Shown piece by piece: positions 1 through 29,109 of a stretch of DNA of 64,000 nt (the stretch's first letter is position 1; every line of letters begins with the position of its first letter). The translations under genes were made by a program, and so were the position numbers. The notes beneath the pieces are model-generated. The model ran no database searches and was not told the origin of the DNA. It saw nothing but the letters and a program-made list of their open reading frames with translations. The stretch is from Chrysomallon squamiferum (taxonomy: Eukaryota > Animalia > Mollusca): assembly GCA_012295275.1 (NCBI GenBank), contig CM022667.1:18042001-18106000 (forward strand). Reading direction: 5' to 3'.

Positions 1-2031
1 TATTTAAATTTAATCTCCCACATGTTAACTAAAACATATAAAAGTTTCCTGGGTGTAATATTTTTTGTTTAGCCACAATATAGATTTTAAAAATGCACAT
101 GCATGAAAATAACACCTTTTCAGCCATCAACATCTGATTAACTAAAACCTGAATGATCAATTCTGGATGCTAGGAATCACCATCTTTCTTGATCATCGAG
201 TAAGACATTGTAGCCTACATGTATGCATAAAGTTCACATAAATTTGAGAGAACTAGGTGTTTCTGATGCTTAACCTTCTCACCATCTGTTTCAAATGCTC
301 ACTGTATCCTTCATTCCCAGACATATTCTACTTTTCTCATCACTTTCATAAAAGTGGATTATTTCCTCCTTCAATTTATTTGACAGAACTTTCCCTTGTT
401 TCTTATCACAGAGGGATAGAATCACTTTCTCTTTCTTCACCACACAGCTTTTTTTCATAAGGTTATTCGTTGTTTCAAATTCATTCATTGTCCTTTCAAT
501 GGTAAAGAGTGACAAGTCAAGATTTGCACACGCTCTGGGTAGGATTCAGACTTCTTGAATTTCTCTTTCCTCCAACATGTTCCTGAACTTGTACAGCATC
601 ATTCAGAAGATGAAGCTGACATTTATTTTATAAATGAACTATCTCTTTTGTTCGATTGATCTTTCTCTTTCTATATGCATCTGACTATGTAAATGAGTAT
701 ATCTTTCAAATTTTTATTTTATTTTTTTTATTTTATAATTATTGCTATTGTTATTGCTGTTATTATTAGTTTTGTTATTATTATTGTTGTATTTTGTTGT
801 TGTTGTTGTTGTTGTTTTTATTATTGCTAAAATTATACACCTATCCTATAGATTTAACTCTCCAACTTCCCTCTCTCAGATTTTTCTACAACTTTCTAAC
901 AATTATCTATCAATTAACCAAGATCAACAGAGTAATTCTCTTATAAAACCTTAAAAAATTATGTTGCATTTTGAATAAAATAAAAATAAACAGTAATAAC
1001 AAACAATAATAAAATACTGTACATTAACAAGAGTAGGAATAATCCTGGAAGAAAAAAAAAATCACTTATAAAAACTGAATATGTCTTTTAAAAACAAACA
1101 GTAATAAGAAAATCAAATATAATGAAAGAATAATTCCTGCTAAAGCTTAAAGATCTGAGAAAAACAGATTTCAATATTTCTGGTCCATTTAATTAAGCAA
1201 TGGCTTAGTTTGGTTTAGACAATAATAATTAACAGGGATTTAAAAACAAGAAAATTAATAAGCAATTGATAAGAAACAAGGGAAAGTTCTGTCAAATGAA
1301 TTGAAGGAGGAAATAGTCCAGTTTTATGAAAGTGATGAGAAAAGTAGAATATGTCTGGGAATGAAGGATACAGTGAGCATTTGAAACAGATGGTGAGAAG
1401 GTTAAGCATCAGAAACACCTAGTTCTCTCAAATTTATGTGAACTTTATGCATACATGTAGGCCTACAATGTCTTACTTGGTGATAAAAAGAGATGGTGAT
1501 TCCTAGCATCCAGAATTGATCATTCAGGTTTTAGTTAATCAGATGTTAATGGCTGAAAAGGTGTTATTTTTCATGTATGTGCATTTTTTAAATCTATATT
1601 GTGGCTAAACAAAAAATATTACACCCAGAAAACTTATATGTTTTAGTTAACATGTGGGAGATTAAATTTAAATAAATGTCACGTGATCCACATGGTCAAT
1701 CTCAAGGTCAAAAGGTAAATGTACCCCAATATTTTCCAAACTGAACAAAAATGGCATTGGAATCCTTGTCATACTGCCTTTTCAACAGTACCAATTTTAT
1801 GAAGATTGGCCCAGTAGTTCCTGAGATATGAGGGTTCAAAGGTTGGTGGCCATGCCCATTTTTGCCAAAAATCTCAAAATTCGATGGGCATTATCTCCCA
1901 CACCACTGGTCCGATTGGGCTAATATTTCAGATTTGGTGCTGTGGGATCCCAGACAACAAGAATATCAAGTTTGATAAAAATCTGAGATGGTCGGGTTTA
2001 ACCCATTGGGTGATTTGACATGGAATGACCC
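1..2031 (-). mobile_element. Non-autonomous long-TIR DNA transposon, Sola2-like deletion derivative, inside a PRMT5 intron (left end outside window)
   Basis: 1-409 is the near-identical reverse complement of ~1267-1673. The arm runs on to ...TGACATGGAATGACCC (2031), i.e. a 5'-GGGTCATTCC terminus, also seen at 20562. Minus-strand remnant KEKF..QILT..EF..KQGKVL..FYESDEKSRICLGMKDTVSI..QKHLVLSNLCELY resembles the N-terminal region of Sola2-type transposases. Long TIRs with GRG termini fit Sola2. Confidence 0.75.
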
Positions 2032-2171
2032 ATAAATAATTTGCTGAAAAATTATAGTTTGTTTCTTCTGATTTATAACCAAGTGTAGGTAAGATATTAT
2101 TTTCAGAATTCACTTCAACATGATTTGATCTGAATCTGTCAACTGACTGAAAACATCAATTAAAAAAAATA

Positions 2172-2229
<58 letters not shown>

Positions 2230-2314
2230 CTACTAATAATAATTAAAAAAAAAATTAAATAATAATAATATATTTTTCAGAAACTGTGTGATATCTAGTT
2301 TGGCAGATGCTAAC

Positions 2315-5303
2315 CTGAAGTGGAGATTGTAAGTAATCTTCATATCCTCTTGCAAACTGAGTTATTTTGTCAGGTGGTGTCTGGGACTAGAAACAAAAAT
2401 AATAATTCTTTAACTTTATGATATGAAAAAAAAAATCAGTTTAATATTATATCTATCTTTTAATTTAAGGAAAAGATGTGCAATAATTTAAATACAAGAT
2501 AAATATTTCTTGAACACAACATATACAAATCATTTAAATATGCAACATAATTAGTTTTCTCTTGAACACTTAACGAATTATAAATATTATTTGAACATGA
2601 TATTAAAATATTACTTGAACACGAGACATGTAAATATTATTTCACCACAAGATACATAAATATTACCTGCCACAAATGGTCCAGGTATTGTTGATATGCT
2701 CTAATTCCTTTCTCTGGATGTCTGTCCACACCAGACAACAAAAGCTGAACATCAAGCTGCAGAAAAGAATCACATTTTAAATATGTAACAGCTACACAAA
2801 TATATTCCAAAAAGACAAATACAATATGAATACATCTTGAATCAGATAAACATCAGACATAAAAATTTGACTCTGAACACAAGATTAATAAATATTACTT
2901 GAAAGCTATACATTAAAATTTAATGTTCTAAAGACTGAATGTTTTTTTAACAGTTATTAAGGGTTTTTTATGAAATTAATCTAAGTCTACAGGAAATAAG
3001 ACAGAGGGCAAAAATTACTGGAATGATGTAAGTACCTTAAACAGTCGTCGTATAAAAGACTGGTGTGCTTTTGACAGAACAGGATATCCTTTCTTGTTGG
3101 TCAGAAAGAGACTTGTTGACAGAACAACTGTTCTGATTGGTTCAGACAGCCAGCGTTCCAATATGTCCTCTGATGGAAGATCAGCACTCAGTTCTAGAGC
3201 AACTCCTAGTCGTTTGTTGTTGTCACACAGAGTCCGAAACAAATGCCACCTGATTTATTTGTTAAGTTCAAAAAGAAACATAAAAAGAAAAAAGAAATAA
3301 AAATCTTTAAATTTAAAAATACTGATGACCAAAATTACAGTAAAAATACAGAACAAAATAACATTACCATTCCCAGGTATCTTCTGGTATTTCAGTTTTA
3401 TCCATGCCTTCAATGAGTTGATCACACTGGTCTTTAGGAGACATCAGAGGAACCTGAATCCAGTATTGCTGCCACAACAAAGTAAAATTCACATTAATAA
3501 CTTCTAGTCTTCAAACTGTTAGATATTTATACAAAAATTCACTGATATATAAAGAAGTCACTGATTTCATCATACATGTACAGTAAAAAATGTGTTCAAT
3601 ATTTACTGACACATTTAATTAATCTTTGAAAATGTTAACTAATAATTAAACATCTAATCATATTAATATTTAATCAGTTACTCTATCAGTCCAGTAATTA
3701 ATTGCAAAAATTAGGGATGATGTATATAAAATAACAGATTGATTGTTACCTGCTGAAAGAAACTGCCAACCAGGTGTTCATTCAAACATCGTGCCAGGTT
3801 GGTTATGTTTTTGTTCTTCAAGCGAATTATCACCGATGGCATTCCAAGATGGCTGGCATACAATAGTTCTTCCTTGAATGCCTAAGAAATTAAATCTAAA
3901 TCTAAGTCAAATCCAATTAACAAAAGACAAATATGTATGTATTTATATATATTACTGCATAGTAGTAAATGCTTTAATTAACCAGATTTAAAGAAAGGCA
4001 AAAACATATAATATATATTTTTTAGATTCTGTTTTTGTCTTTCTTTAAACATGATTAATTTATACAATCAAACAAAATAAATTACCAATTCAAAATATTA
4101 AACTGAATTATTATTATTATTCTTTCTAAATTTAAAAACAAGATTATAAATCAAAAGAGAAGAATATGAATAAATTACTTGATTTTATTTTTTATATCTA
4201 ACAACACTTCACTATAATGCAGCTTTTTTCTAAAAATAATTGAAAGGCAATATTTTACTTTATTATTTCTTTTTTAATGGAGAAAAAATAGCTAGTTAAC
4301 CAACACAAACCAATTCACAATTTTTGCGAATATGCAGACACAATGAGTCAACCTGGAGCCAAGGAGATGTTTTACCAACAACAAGGTTATTCCAATCTAG
4401 AGAAGGAAAGAAATATTTATATTTTTAAAAACAAAAGTTAAATAAAAAATGTAAAAAAGTTTCCTATTAAGGCAAAATAAAGCACTTTATAATCTGAATT
4501 TTTACTGATCTTTTTTACTCATAAATGATATATAACTAATTATGTTACAGGATTAATGGAAATATATATATATATAATATAACAGTTTAAAAAAAAAAAA
4601 AATCATAATCAGGATTTTCAAGTTTTATAATTCAGTAAATTTTAAAATGTTTAACATTAATATAATTTCTAAACGTTCAAACCTTGGCTGGACAGAACCA
4701 TGTCGGATCTGGTTAAAGCACCCTTGCGATTCTTGGCAGGAGCATCAAGAAATTCGCGTCGATATCGAGGATTAACCAGAGGTAGGGAAACAAAGTCAAA
4801 TCTGTAATTAACAAATATGTATGTATATTAATTTAATTACGTTTCTACCTTCAGCGAAATAAATATATATAATTATATTTGATTTATAAACCTCAACACA
4901 TTTTAATAGTTCTTAGAAAGTATTTTTGAGGACAACAGTGAATAGATTATTATTATATTTATAGAGATTGATATTACAGGTATCCGTTGTTGCTATATGA
5001 TCATGAGTTTGTTCTGTTTGTTTTTCTTCTTTTTTTTCTCCCATGATTAGCAGCAAGGGATATTTTATATGCAGACAAATAATAATTATATTCCAAAGTC
5101 ATATAACTAGTCTACTAATACTAACAGTACATGAATTATTGAATTAGCAAGGGAAGTGAGATTTTTTCGCCGGTTTATATCTTTCGATTAATTTAATTAA
5201 TATTAATTTACCCTGATTTATATGACGTATCCAAAGCTGTATTGATATCTGGGCAGCAGTGAAAATCACGACCACAAGATACACGTGTAGATACACGAGG
5301 CAT
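2315..5303 (-). CDS. PRMT5: Protein arginine N-methyltransferase 5, first 8 coding exons (TIM barrel); gene continues off the window start
   Basis: GT-AG exons 5303-5212, 4801-4683, 4396-4311, 3881-3750, 3468-3368, 3249-3036, 2756-2667, 2386-2315 splice in frame: [85 protein letters not shown], hallmark PRMT5 motifs. Confidence 0.96.
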
Positions 5304-5627
5304 TCTGTTGATAAAATTTTAGCACACGAACACAAATGTTTTCTTCCAAATGATCAATTCAGCAGTTAATAAAATGCGGGTGTATTATAAAACTTAAACT
5401 TCAAATAAAATATTGTTTATTTGCATTATATTAATATAATGTATTTAATGGCTTGTATTTTTATAGTTGTTTCACATGGCACATTTATATAAAAGTTTAT
5501 TTACTTTTATTTTTAAAAATGTAATGCTGCATAACTATAACATGGCAGCCCCCATTTCTTTATATGTGATTCGGTCGTTTAACCTCATCTGACTTAGGAC
5601 ATTTTAATACTAAAAACCCCAAGAGAA
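5304..5627. promoter_or_regulatory. Putative bidirectional promoter PRMT5/C5orf22
   Basis: Only 324 bp between divergent start codons; flanks are locally CpG-richer; YY1-like AACATGGCAGCC at 5539-5550. Confidence 0.65.
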
Positions 5628-6434
5628 ATGGCTCACAAAGAAGTTAAAGATATAAAATATATTCAATCTTTTATAGTGGAAGATCATCACGAGGTAAATA
5701 TGTAGTTATTTGTTTGTTTATTTAATCATTATTTAATGGCTAGAAATTGATAGTTGAAGCATTGGGTGATTGGCTTTTTAAATTAAGTTAAAGGAATAGT
5801 AAATGAATAAAACATTAACGAGGTTATTACTATTATTATTAGGCAGTGCAGGGGGATCTAAAGTCATAGGAAAAGTCACAATTTAGTACAGGAAAAAAAT
5901 CACAGATTCACAGTTTAAAAGTCACACTATAGTCTATAGTTACTTAGTATTAAAATATTAAAATGTATGAGTTCGCTGATTATTGAATTAAAAGAAAGTG
6001 TTCAGCTTACTGATTAAGTGAAATTGTAGAATGTTTCCATGTACATGGTTAATTAGGCTTTATTTTAAAGGAAGAGGTTTCATTTTTACAGTTATGGTGA
6101 CATTGTACACTTACGAATTAATTAAACAAAGTGGCATCATTTTGTTCAGGAGGGTGCCTGGATCCAGCTTACTAATTAGGGTAGTTTAGGGAGGTTATTG
6201 AATGGTTTCACAGCATGAGCAGGCCACAGTGATCACCTTCATCCAACAGGATGTAGCTGGTAACCACCTCAGTGACAGGTTTGATACATTAAGAGTGCTG
6301 ATTGTCTTAAGAACTGCAAGTCTGGTAGAATTGCTGCATTGAATTGGCTGGATCATCTGTTCAAACCATCAGCTTTGAAAATAAAGCATGTTCATAAAAA
6401 CTCACAGTGACACAAATCTTTGTTTCCTAAAACG

Positions 6435-6465
<31 letters not shown>

Positions 6466-9400
6466 TGTGATGTTTTTCCCTAAATATGCACCTATACACA
6501 CCTGCATAATATGTTGTTTTTTTGGTGTTTGATCTGTGTGTGTGTGTATATAATTACAATTTTTTTTACTTATTGTTTCATTCATTCAGGTTGTTCCTTA
6601 TATTCACACATACATTGGCTCAAAACAGCTTCCATTCAAAGGAATTTCACTTGTTCATTTTGATTCTCATCCTGATCTTCTTATTCCAATTGATATGCTA
6701 GCAGACACAGTATTCAATAAACATTCTTTATATGAGTGAGTGTTTATAATTTAATTTTAAATTTTTTAGAATGTTATTACTGCTAATAATTACATTGCAC
6801 TTAATTTGCAGTAATGAGACTGATTGCAGTTCAGTTTGCTATGATGAATATTTTGTAAACTAATTTTGATTTTTCTAAATTATAGTCTTAAAGAAAATTA
6901 AGTATTCATTAAAATACAAAAATTTATCAGAAAGAAAATAATGTAGTTTAAATATTTATAAACATGCTGATTTACTAACTTATATTATTTTATTAATGTT
7001 TTATTATTTATATGATATTGTTAATTTTTATTTATTATTATTTCTTTAAGCATACTAAGTATAGAGAACTGGATTATGCCATTGGTATATGCAGGACATA
7101 TCAGCACAGTCTATTGGTTGAAAGCTCCGTGGTGTGAACAGATTGAAGAAAAAACATTAGAATTTTATGTAGGCAAATGCGTCAAAACAGGAAAAATAAG
7201 GTACTCAAATCCTGCAGTATGTGGGTGATTTGTGTGTTTGTAAAATGTATGTATATGTGTATGTTTCTATACAAATATGTGTATATTTACGTCTGTGTGT
7301 TTTGCAATATATTTATATTTTATAAAATTGCAGAGATATTTCTATACTGATGTACCAGATAAGATTTCCCAGTTTTTAAATGAAGAGTTATTTTGCAATA
7401 TAGTTTTCAATACTAATTTAACAACTACTGTGCATTATTATAATGCAAACATTCAATTTCACATTATAGAGCCTTTTGATAATTGCTTTTTACTTTCAGA
7501 TTTGTACAGTATTCAGATATCAAATCAATTATTTGAACAACATTCTGAGATAAATAATAAAATATAATTAGATTTTTTGTTCTCTAGATGACAGAGTTTT
7601 ATAAATATAACTTTAAAAAAAGAATGTTAGGCAGCAGTTTAAAATGATGATGATTCATTTATTTTCAGAACAACTTGCCAAGAGAATTATTTTATAAGTG
7701 AAGCTTTGTTTGTACCAGAGGATCAATTAGAAAATAAGAAGAAAATTTCTCTAATTGTAATTTGTGTCAAACCCAAACACTGGTCAAGTGTAGACAAAAA
7801 GCCAAGAAATGAATTATATATGGACCAGACAACAGAGAATGATAAACATACACAAATATGTAAGGAAGACAGTGCAGTTAGTTTTAATTCTAATTCAGAA
7901 AATGTGTCTCAGGTTAACATGGAAGATAGAAATTCAAATTATTTTACTGATGATGATGCAAGCCCACATGAAAAGAAAGCCAGACAAGAGAGTTTAAGTG
8001 ATATTAGAAATAATTCAGAACTATCACCTTCTGCGAAGAGACAGTTTGTCAACATGTCAGAGAAACTTCAAGGAAAACAGTATATTCTAGATGTGGATCT
8101 GGATTTTTATTCCACAAAGAATCCTTTCCAGGAACTGTATACACCAGAACAGTTGTGTTTACTTGGCAACCTCTACAAGTATACAAAACCAAGTGACACA
8201 TCCCAAGAGGTAATGTTTATAATAAATTAATTTACTGGGTTGTAACTATTTTCTAGTGTGTATGCACATATACATACATATAAGATTATTATTGTAACAG
8301 AGTTTCAGAATTTATTTCATTTATATCTGATTAGCTATCTTTAATGTACTAAAGAATATCAAAATAAAGTTTAAGATTAAAATTTTCAGGCTGCTGTGAG
8401 ATGTGCAGAAAGAAGAGCAAAACAACTTGAAACTTTAAAAAAGGCTATTCTGGATTTGTCAAAAGATAAAAATGCAGACGTCTCTAGTTTAGATGAAGTC
8501 AGGTAATTGAGAAATGTTTTATTAACCACTGAGGTTACAACACTGTAATTAAATGGTTTACAATCTTAACATGAGCTGAAAATTGAAAATAGTTAATTTT
8601 ATGATGTGCCAACTTACTTATGGTATATATGGATATATTAAATTTATATTTCCAATGTTTTAATCATACAGATAATTAAAAGTTTTCTGTAAGTGGTTCA
8701 TTAAAATCCATCGTTAGTGTTTTCCTGTTACTGGTAGGAACAAAACACATCTACTGTTTTTATACAACCTACAGATGATGTCAGCACGGGTTCATTTATC
8801 TTTATCATACATGTATTATTAACACCTTGTAATAGTGTTAATCTTTCTCAGATTAACAGTGTTAATGAGATAATCACTTCTTTTACATGTATATTGATCA
8901 GAAAGTATAATTTCTGTTGTTTTCAGTGTCAATCTTGTCAAGGAACTTATTAAGAATCTGTGTTGTAAGAACAAAGATGTAGATTTTGAGCTGATTCATG
9001 AAGCTGGCTGTACAATGGATGACACTGAATTGCCACATCACATCAGTTCACAGACAGAGATAATCCAGCTCATGGATGTCACCACAGAAATACTGAAAAT
9101 TCTGCCACCTCCTAGACTAATAACATGTGCAAGGTATAAAACAGTTACATTAAAATAAGAGAAACTATTTCCTAGATTTGAAGTCATTATTTGTTTTAAA
9201 AATATTGTTATTTAATTCCATTTACAAAATTAATTTCCTTTGTTGCTTTCAAGTGCACATAAAGATACAATCATAAGCTTCGATGTCAGTTTTGCATTTC
9301 ATACATTTTCAAAATTATAAAATGAATTATAGATTTTTGAAAGTTTAGTTTGCATATAGGCAAACTGTAATTTTTGTTTAATTTTTAATAAATAGCAACA

Positions 9401-9596
9401 GAACTGTATTAATGTTTAATAAGAAAAGTTATTTCATTTCAGATCTAGCAATGATGACTACTGTCCTCAGAATCAGGTTGACTTTATACAAGAAAACTTA
9501 ATACAAATACTGCAACAGACATACCCTTCTATTGTGATCATGCCTTCTTATGATCCTCAGGATGCGGAAGATAATGCAAAAGATAATGCAACATAG
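5628..9596 (+). CDS. C5orf22: UPF0489 family protein (C5orf22 homolog), 7 exons
   Basis: Exons 5628-5693, 6590-6735, 7051-7200, 7669-8209, 8390-8502, 8927-9133, 9443-9596. Motifs [71 protein letters not shown]. Confidence 0.93.
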
Positions 9597-10094
9597 CTAA
9601 TTTGTGCATTCACATTTTTTATTGGGATCTTGAAATAAAATAAAATTCCAAAATAATATGTTGGTCTTGTTTTTTAAATCATTTATCTTTAACTAGCTCT
9701 TTGTTTCTACAGTGTCATTACACTGTCTAGTAAGATGACATTTCATTAAAGTAATATGGTTAGAAACAAGTTTAACCAATTTTAGTCTGAAGTTTTCAGA
9801 TTGCAAATTAATTGTTGCCTGGCAACCAACTCAGCAGTGTTAGCCTTTTAAACAATCAACTAACTCTGGTTTTATAATATTGTTAATGACAGTACAGTTC
9901 AAAGCTCTTTATTTTTGGTAACCAAAAAGATGTTGTAGGATTGTATTCTGAACACATCAAAACAGATCATTTGCTTTTACTGTTATAACTGGGAATGCTT
10001 TTCAGATAATTTAACCACTGTGTTAAATATTAATTTATTTAAAAAAAAACCAGAAGTAACAGATCATTTTTAAAATTATATTTTTTTAAATCAT

Positions 10095-15679
<5,585 letters not shown>

Positions 15680-15883
15680 TATCAATAATTATAACAAGAA
15701 ATAACTTTTTCCGGAAATGTTAACCGGATGCACTAGCTTGCCGCATATTCGAATTGTGTATATATATATATAATTAGCAAAATATAATTAAAGAATAACT
15801 ACATAGTGCATCTGTATTATTGATTTTTATAGATTTTGATTAAATGTTTTCAAAAAATTATTTCAATAAATAAAATAATAATA

Positions 15884-15914
<31 letters not shown>

Positions 15915-16356
15915 GTGACTAAGTTACCGAACGTCGTAAAGAAATTTTAGTATATCGATAAAGTGAAAAATAGTTAATTATTAATAATTATATATTTAAA
16001 AATGTTCGTGTATTTAATTCATATTCAAAAAGAAACACACTTTGATTCCGAAAACATTTATAAACTGAATACTTCAATTCCTTTATTGATGTATCTGTTT
16101 GTCCCTTTTTTATATAAATTGAAATAAAATATGTTTAAAGTAATAAAACTGTATAAAATAAATAAACACTAATATAAATGAAAGTTTACTTATTATGTAC
16201 GATAATTATTTTGATCGTCATGCTTGGTATGGATAAATGGAATACAAAAATAAATAATATTATTATTAAGATAGATATACGTTATAAATAATATGAATAA
16301 ATCCAATAAACAATTTAAAATTATGTATCCGTTATACAAAGCCGCAAAAGGAAGTA

Positions 16357-16391
<35 letters not shown>

Positions 16392-16548
16392 TAATAATAA
16401 TAACCATATTAATTCCGAACATCGGATAAATAGCGTTCGTTTACGAAACTGTTGCGACAGCTCTATTTGTAAGAGAAAGGCAAAACATGGACTGCTGAGA
16501 AGCTTATGTCAGGTTTCGTCATAGAGTAACATAGCCTGTCAAGAAGCA
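15680..16548. promoter_or_regulatory. Putative bidirectional promoter NOP9/AFG3L2
   Basis: 869 bp between divergent ATGs; CpG-enriched relative to gene bodies; ETS-like CCGGAAAT/ACCGGATG at ~15711-15730; DRE palindrome TATCGATA at 15953-15960; two (AAT)n tracts. Confidence 0.6.
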
Positions 16549-26374
<9,826 letters not shown>

Positions 26375-27879
26375 TCATTGTGGAAGAATGCTTAATACAA
26401 AAAAAGAAAAAGACGTTGAATTTTTTATATAATACAATCAGTAATTTTGAGACACTGTTCCTGTGCTAATATACTTTGTACTTTACTTACAGAATAGAGA
26501 ATTTTTAAATGTTGTCTTCATGAACTTCTAACAAACAATGGATGAGGCAAAATGCCACCAGTACTGAACTTTTGTTAACTAATAGAATTGAAAACCTGAG
26601 AGGTTTTAAACTCTGTAAAACACTGATGTGATTCCAGATGTGATACATGCAAGATTTATTTAATAAATGTGTACTGAGTAGCTTTGTTAATTTTGTTTCT
26701 CCAAATATGTGGTTGCTTTAGATATAAAAACATTTTTTTGTCTGTGTGACAGCATGTTTATAGTAAATTACACATAATTAAGTAAATTTCCTTGATATTA
26801 TATAGACAAAGAAAAAAGAAAGGTTATAAAATAAACTCCATTATATAAAAATAATAAATAAATTTAAAAATTATAATTCTTTTTCTTTATTTGAAAATTA
26901 AAACATCTCATATTCATTTGCAGTTATGTTTAAATATTTTCCTTTACATACAAATAACCCAAATAAATAATGTTAAATGTAGACACAAATAACACAAATA
27001 AATAATTTTAAATGTTTTGTGATAATTATCTTTTTATTCATCCCAAACAATTTCATTCAACAGTTTAAGAAACACTTATGTGTTAGGCATTTTTGGATAA
27101 TGATCCCCGAGATAGACCTATGTTAAAATTGTATGTGTAAATCACTCCATTTAGACATAGCAATGAATGCTTGAGGACAGAAAGCATCTCCAAACCATTC
27201 TTTGAAGATCATATGTTACTTTACCCAGTAAATATTAGCTAGTGATAGCTTTTGAGGAAGCAATAAGTAGCAGAAGAAAATGACTCAAATTTATTATTTC
27301 AACTCCTGTAACAGATAAAAACTAACACAAAAATTTTAATAAATTTGTTTGGAAAAAGAATATATATATTAATAACAAAAGTTGTGTTGCATTATTTTAT
27401 GGCTGGAGTTTAGACCTTATTTTCAACTCTAACAAATAATAATAATAACCATAAATTAATAATTACATGATAAAGATAGGAACCATCTAAAATAAAATCT
27501 CATTGTTATTAAACAATAATTAATTATCTTTCACCAAGTGAGCAGGACTTCTCCAATGAACTGAAAACAAACAATCTACAATTTAGCCGACTTCTGCTCC
27601 TTTTCCATGACACCAATACCATCTTTTTTTTATAATTTTTAAATGTTTAACCTAATCTTTTAATTATCTTACACATTTTTTTTAAATGTGACTCATTTAT
27701 TTTTACCACCATTTTTAACATGTTCACCATTATGTTCACAATTATTCTAATATGTTTATATCCATGTCTTTTTATATTTTAGTTTATTAGTTTACACTGT
27801 AAAGCACTCTTGAACCTACTTAATTTGGGAACAGGTCCTAAATATATGATGATGATGATAAGTTAATTTATTTACTTAG

Positions 27880-28388
27880 AAATGCAAATGGGGAAGTAAC
27901 TACTGTATCTGTCTTCTCTCTGCCTCTGGCAAGTAATCACATATACGTAACACTGGATGATGAGATTTGTCATTCCGTAAGTTTAATTTCTGAATTATTA
28001 ATGTCTTTTAGAGCAAACACAGTTACACAACATACAAAACAATGTATGTATTGATCGTCATTTAAAAAAATTTAAAAAATAAAATGTTGGAAAGAAACTA
28101 AATAAGAAATAGGTATAAATTTATTTCTACATTTTCAGAATTCACCCAAAACCTTTAGAAATCAATTACAGTGACGACAATCAAACTGAACTGATGGAAG
28201 TAGATTCATTGGTTAGTCAGTGTCTATACCAAGCAGAAGGTATGTACATAAAAATTGTTTTTGTTAATGACTGAAAGATTATAATTCTAGCAACCATGAA
28301 TTGAAATCAACAATTTTTTCAATATTTTCTATATATTTTTCTTTTAGATTTTCTAGGATCACAATTATTGGCTCACATATGTACATAG
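27880..28388 (+). other. Candidate three-exon spliced orphan transcript with a possible 53-aa ORF
   Basis: Acceptor TTTACTTAG|27880, donor 27976|GTAAGT, acceptor TTTTCAG|28139, donor 28239|GTATGT, acceptor TTTCTTTTAG|28348; phases are compatible with ATG 27957 to TAG 28388. No homology recognised. Confidence 0.35.
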
Positions 28389-29109
28389 GCATCTGTGTAA
28401 GCTTTTAGTATTTCAGTTTTTTATCTTTTTTCAGGTAAATTGAATTTAATACTGAAATGCTAAATGCCTGTGTTTGGATAAAAAGGGTTATTTATAGAGT
28501 TAGTTTATCACCATTGTGTACGTTTATGTGTGCAACAGAATAGGCACACTACCTGTTAAACACAACTGGGTTCATGATCCTAAGGCAGGAAAAAATAATT
28601 AATATTTTTGTTAAACTGAATAAAATATTTAATTCATGAAAATCATTAACTGTGTCTATTTTTATTTTCTCCATCTGTCATGACAAATATTGGCAGATTC
28701 CAACTCATACCAAAAAAAAAAAAAAAAAACATATTGTAAGAAACAAATAATTTCTTAAAAGCTCTGAAGAGATTTATACTGAGCTGGTTATATTTAGGAT
28801 AATATACATTTGCTAAATGAACAGTTCTGATTTATAATAAGCCACATTTATTATTTATAATATTTAAGAATTCAAGATAGAATACACTCAAGCCCGGATC
28901 CTAGGCTGACTGATTACACTGCTAGTGAAGTAGGGTAGAGAAACTGAAAATCAAGATCACAGAGCTATATGACTCATGGTGACATGAAAGAAGTACTCAG
29001 TGTAACAAACATGGGAGGTGGAAGCAGCTATATGACCACAATATTATGAACATTGAAACATTAAAATCAGAAGATGCTATTTCAAAGATGCTAGCTATCT
29101 GTACCTCAA

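Noticed and set aside
27130-28585. Possible minus-strand spliced exons (acceptors near 27306 and 28580)
   Set aside because: Joined frames stop within a few codons; such sites arise by chance in AT-rich DNA.
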